Of a stretch of DNA of 64,000 nt, positions 60,928-64,000 are shown piece after piece. The notes below the pieces were generated by a model. That model saw only the letters and a list, made by a program, of their open reading frames with translations. It did no database searches and had not been told where the DNA came from. The position numbers were made by a program, and so were the translations under genes. The DNA comes from Deltaproteobacteria bacterium. Lineage in GTDB: Bacteria > Desulfobacterota > Binatia > Binatales > Binataceae. The DNA is taken from positions 1,229 through 65,228 of the forward strand of contig JAJXZF010000027.1 of the NCBI GenBank assembly GCA_021780225.1. Reading direction: 5' to 3'. Numbering within the stretch: the first letter of the stretch is position 1; each line of letters begins with the position of its first letter.

Positions 60928-61908
60928 TCACGGTATCAGCACGCTCGAACCGGTGGTCCGGCGTTCGCCGAGCGCGCGATGGGCCGCGGCGGCGCCGGCG
61001 AGCGGAAATTCGCGCGGCGGCGCCAGCTTGATCACGCCGCGCTCGATCGCGTCGAACAACGCCTTCGCACGTTCGACCAGTTCCTCGCGCCGCGCGGTGT
61101 ACGACCACAGCGTCGGCCGCGTGAGGTACAGGGAGCCCTTGGCGCTGAGCACGTTGATGCTGAACGGCGAGACCGTTCCCGAGGCCTGTCCGTAACTCAC
61201 CATCATGCCGCGCGGACTCAGGCAGTCGAGCGATTTCATAAACGTCGCTTCGCCGACCGAATCGTACACCACCGGAACCATCGCGCCCGCAGTTATCTCC
61301 TTGACCCGCGCGACGAAATCCTCGCGGCTGTAAACGATCGTATGGGCGCAGCCGTTGGCGGCCGCCAGCCGCGCCTTTTCGTCCGTGCCGACCGTGCCGA
61401 TAACGGTCGCGCCCAAATGCGCCGCCCATTGGCAAAGAATCAACCCGACTCCGCCAGCGGCCGCATGCGCCAGAATCGTCTCGCCCCGCCGGAGCGGCCG
61501 CGTGGAATGAATCAGAAAATGCGCCGTCATCCCTTTGAGCATCGCCGCCGCCGCGGTCTTGTCGTCGATCGTGTCGGGCAGCTTCACCAGAAAGCGCGCG
61601 GGCATCACGCGCGCCTCGGCGTACGAGCCGAGAGGACCGCCGGCGTAGGCCACGCGGTCGCCGGGTTTGACCTCGGTCACGTCCGGAGCGACCGCCTCGA
61701 CCACTCCGGCGCCCTCGTTGCCCGGCGTGAACGGCATCGACGGAGCGGGATAGACGCCCTTGCGAAAATAGATATCGACGAAATTCAGACCGATCGCGCG
61801 ATGGCGCACGAGCGCTTCGCCGGCGCCCGGACCCTTGATTTCGGCGTCGTTGATTTCGAGCACTTCCGGCCCGCCGGTCCTGGCGACGACGATCGCTCTG
61901 CACTTCAT
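60928..61908 (-). CDS. NADPH:quinone oxidoreductase (MDR family, zeta-crystallin-like)
   Basis: 326 aa. Qor-like (..GLNFVDIYFRKG.., cofactor motif AAAGGVG). Confidence 0.8.
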   Translation of the reverse strand: MKCRAIVVARTGGPEVLEINDAEIKGPGAGEALVRHRAIGLNFVDIYFRKGVYPAPSMPFTPGNEGAGVVEAVAPDVTEVKPGDRVAYAGGPLGSYAEARVMPARFLVKLPDTIDDKTAAAAMLKGMTAHFLIHSTRPLRRGETILAHAAAGGVGLILCQWAAHLGATVIGTVGTDEKARLAAANGCAHTIVYSREDFVARVKEITAGAMVPVVYDSVGEATFMKSLDCLSPRGMMVSYGQASGTVSPFSINVLSAKGSLYLTRPTLWSYTARREELVERAKALFDAIERGVIKLAPPREFPLAGAAAAHRALGERRTTGSSVLIP

Positions 61909-61986
61909 CGTGAAATCCTCCGAACGTATGAACTGGTCCGACGTTAGCCGCGATGCGCGCGTTCCGGCAAACGGAGATACGGCGCC

Positions 61987-62886
61987 TTAACGCATCCCGA
62001 TCCAGCCGGGTTCGGCGACCTCGCGCCAGCGGGCGCGAATCATTTCAAATTCCGCGGCGCGCAGCGGTCCGGCGTCGAGCAGCTTCGCATTCTCAGCCCA
62101 TCGCGACGGCCGCGTGGTGCCGATAATCGCGGTGTGCACGCCGGAAGCCGCGAGCGTGAAGCGCAGGGCCGCGCTCACGGCGTCTCCGGCCGCCTTCTTG
62201 CGCAGGAACGGATAGTCGAGCTTGCGCAGCCGCCGCCAATAGGGTTTTTCGTATTCAGGGACACTCCAGCGAGTTTTGAGCCACGCCGCATTCGCGATCG
62301 GCCGCTTGGCGATCACTCCCATGCCGCGCGCGGCGGCGGCCGGCAGCACCCGATCGAGCGCTTCCTGATCGGCGATATTGACGGAGATCTGCAGCGTATC
62401 GAACACGCCGAGCTCGATTGCGGCAAGCGCGTCGCCGCCGTCGCCGCTGTAACCGATCGCGCGCGTCAGGCCTTTTTCCCGCATCCGCACCAACGCCGCG
62501 ACCAATTCCTCGTTGCGCAGCGTGTCGGCGTCGCACGAATGGAACTGGAGCAAATCGACGTAATCGGCGCGCATCCGCTTGAGGCTGCGCGCGAGGCTCA
62601 ATTCGACGATCCCGGGCGTCCATTCCGCGGCGTTCAGGCCCTTCGCATGGCCGCACTTTGTAAACAGATAATATTCGAGCCGCCGATGGCCGACGGTTTT
62701 GCCGATCAATTCTTCGCTGACGTCGTAACAGGCGGCGGTGTCGATTACGTTCAGTCCCGCATCGAGAGCGGCGTTGAGCAGCTTTTCGACCGTGCGGGGA
62801 GCGACATTCTGATAACCGATTTCGGACGCGCCGAATCCGATCACGCTCACGATCATTTCGGTTTTGCCGAGCCGCCGCGTCTCCAT
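61987..62886 (-). CDS. aldo/keto reductase
   Basis: Start METRRLGKTEMIVSVIGFG. AKR fold motifs (DTAACYDVSEE..., GYSGDG...). Confidence 0.8.
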   Translation of the reverse strand: METRRLGKTEMIVSVIGFGASEIGYQNVAPRTVEKLLNAALDAGLNVIDTAACYDVSEELIGKTVGHRRLEYYLFTKCGHAKGLNAAEWTPGIVELSLARSLKRMRADYVDLLQFHSCDADTLRNEELVAALVRMREKGLTRAIGYSGDGGDALAAIELGVFDTLQISVNIADQEALDRVLPAAAARGMGVIAKRPIANAAWLKTRWSVPEYEKPYWRRLRKLDYPFLRKKAAGDAVSAALRFTLAASGVHTAIIGTTRPSRWAENAKLLDAGPLRAAEFEMIRARWREVAEPGWIGMR

Positions 62887-62968
62887 TTCCGCTCTTTTCT
62901 CCAGCCAGATCAATTGATGGACGGATCGTAGGCGAGCGCCCGCGAGAACGCCAACCGCCGCCGAGTCA

Positions 62969-63328
62969 TCAGTAGCGGCGCAGTTCGTCCGGCATCTTGA
63001 ATTCGCCGCTGGAATCGCACGCTAAATCGACGACTTCAACCACCGCGTCCGGTTTCAACGCGCCGTAAATATGCGGAAACAATTGGCGTGCGCGCGGATC
63101 GCTCGCGGCAAGCGGAGATTCGAACCGCGGCGGCGCGTCCAACCGCGATTCGTCGATACAAACAACCACGAGGCCGCGCCGGCCGCGGAACCATCCATTG
63201 GCTGTCGCGAGCAATTGCGAAAGCGTCGAGCAATGGATGAACCCTTCGTCGCGCAGCGACTCCGGCGCATATTCTCCGGCGGCGACCGCCCTCTCCCACT
63301 CCGCCCGCTCAACCATATGGAAGATCAT
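62969..63328 (-). CDS. DUF952 domain protein
   Basis: 119 aa with GFIHCSTLSQL...FPHIYGAL pattern characteristic of DUF952. Confidence 0.55.
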   Translation of the reverse strand: MIFHMVERAEWERAVAAGEYAPESLRDEGFIHCSTLSQLLATANGWFRGRRGLVVVCIDESRLDAPPRFESPLAASDPRARQLFPHIYGALKPDAVVEVVDLACDSSGEFKMPDELRRY

Positions 63329-63350
63329 GCGAGCGAATTATCCGCACGAT

Positions 63351-64000
63351 CTATTCGCGTTCGCCAGCATCTTTGCCGGATTCCGCGCGACCGGTTTCGG
63401 AAACGGGGGTTTTGCCTTCGCCATTTGCGGCTGCGGCAGATCCGTGACCGTTGACGACGCGCAAGAACCCGGCCGCGATGGAGTCGAATGGATTAGCGCC
63501 GCCGGTTACCAGGATATCGGGCACAAATCGTTGGCCGCGGGCGAGACCGTCGATCGAATTTATGATCGCCGTTGCGGTCTCGCCGAGCGCGCGGCGCTGG
63601 GCCTCGAAGCCCTCCGCGCGCGCCAACCCTATCGCCCGGACTTTGGCGCCCTTCGCCGCTCCCGTCTCGCTGATAAAAGCCGCCTCGCCATCGGCTTCGG
63701 ATTTCCGCGCGCCCGCGCGATTTTCGGCGATTTCCTTTCCCACCTCGGACCCGGCAAGTTCGTGCTGCATATCGGCTCGTCCGCGTTCCGCTTCGAGTTG
63801 CACTCGCGCGACCTGCGCGAGTTGTTGCTGGGCGAACGTTTCGCGTTCTTGATGCGCAATTTCGCGCTCCGTCAGGACGCCGACCAACTCCTTTGGCAAT
63901 ACTACGTCCTGAATGTAAACGCCCTTGGTCTCGACCTGATACTCTTCGAGCTTCGCTCTCATATGAGCGAGCGCCTCTTCCTGAATCTGCTGGCGGGTCT
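63351..64000 (-). CDS. SPFH/band-7-like protein, C-terminal part (partial; N-terminus beyond right edge)
   Basis: Ala/Glu/Arg-rich coiled-coil C-region (...RAEGFEAQRRALGE...) as in flotillin/YqiK-like proteins. ORF open to window end. Confidence 0.35.
   Translation of the reverse strand, partial: TRQQIQEEALAHMRAKLEEYQVETKGVYIQDVVLPKELVGVLTEREIAHQERETFAQQQLAQVARVQLEAERGRADMQHELAGSEVGKEIAENRAGARKSEADGEAAFISETGAAKGAKVRAIGLARAEGFEAQRRALGETATAIINSIDGLARGQRFVPDILVTGGANPFDSIAAGFLRVVNGHGSAAAANGEGKTPVSETGRAESGKDAGERE

Noticed and set aside
63095-63125. GGTTCGAATC T-loop-like motif (minus strand) suggesting a tRNA
   Set aside because: Lies inside the DUF952 coding sequence. No acceptor-stem or anticodon-arm pairing could be built. 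No other tRNA-like cloverleaf found in intergenic regions.

Overview
High-GC (about 65-68 %) bacterial chromosomal segment, probably from a Gram-negative soil or sediment bacterium. It is mostly metabolic housekeeping genes with several accessory and mobile features. I found no tRNA, rRNA or CRISPR array.

Left end (1-6900): a compact Tad/Flp pilus operon on the minus strand: flp pilin, cpaE/tadZ, cpaF/tadA, tadB, tadC, a TPR protein, a Bcp peroxiredoxin and a sensor-less sigma-54 AAA+ activator. A sigma-54-type -24/-12 promoter lies about 230 nt upstream of flp.

7-10 kb: a lipoprotein and a secreted BNR/Asp-box repeat protein.

10.1-12.8 kb: two direct copies of a roughly 190-210 bp MITE-like element with CTAGTGTG...CACACTAG termini flank an enoyl-CoA hydratase and an alpha/beta hydrolase.

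12.9-16 kb: a phasin and a class III PHA synthase operon (phaE-like, phaC) lie divergent from a Crp/Fnr regulator.

16-40 kb: central and redox metabolism. This includes a Zn-ADH, gloA, two acyl-CoA dehydrogenase paralogs (the second disrupted), a Tat-exported Mo-oxidoreductase with a cytochrome b partner, an amidohydrolase, korAB, acylphosphatase, ligA, an MBL hydrolase, a PduO-type adenosyltransferase, a rhodanese, a YiiX-like protein, a DUF1573 protein, aroQ-accB-accC, an LLM oxidoreductase, an epoxide hydrolase and a HAD hydrolase.

40.7-42 kb: a low-GC islet carries DUF3467, a HicB-like and a possible HicA-like gene next to rsmI.

42-64 kb: SnoaL-like and SDR genes; a secreted protein behind an AT-rich promoter; two zinc-ribbon proteins; an ArnT-like GT39 glycosyltransferase; an asparaginase; a Tam-like methyltransferase; a truncated alpha/beta hydrolase remnant; a low-GC orphan gene; an aldo/keto reductase; a small GIY-YIG nuclease gene sitting exactly between two 187-bp direct repeats; acnA; cydAB; ackA; a quinone reductase; a second aldo/keto reductase; DUF952; and a partial SPFH-like gene.

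A family of GC-rich hairpin repeats (core CCGGG-tcaag/cttga-CCCGG) recurs in the MITEs, in the repeats flanking the GIY-YIG gene and in the 22.8-23.0 kb intergenic region.
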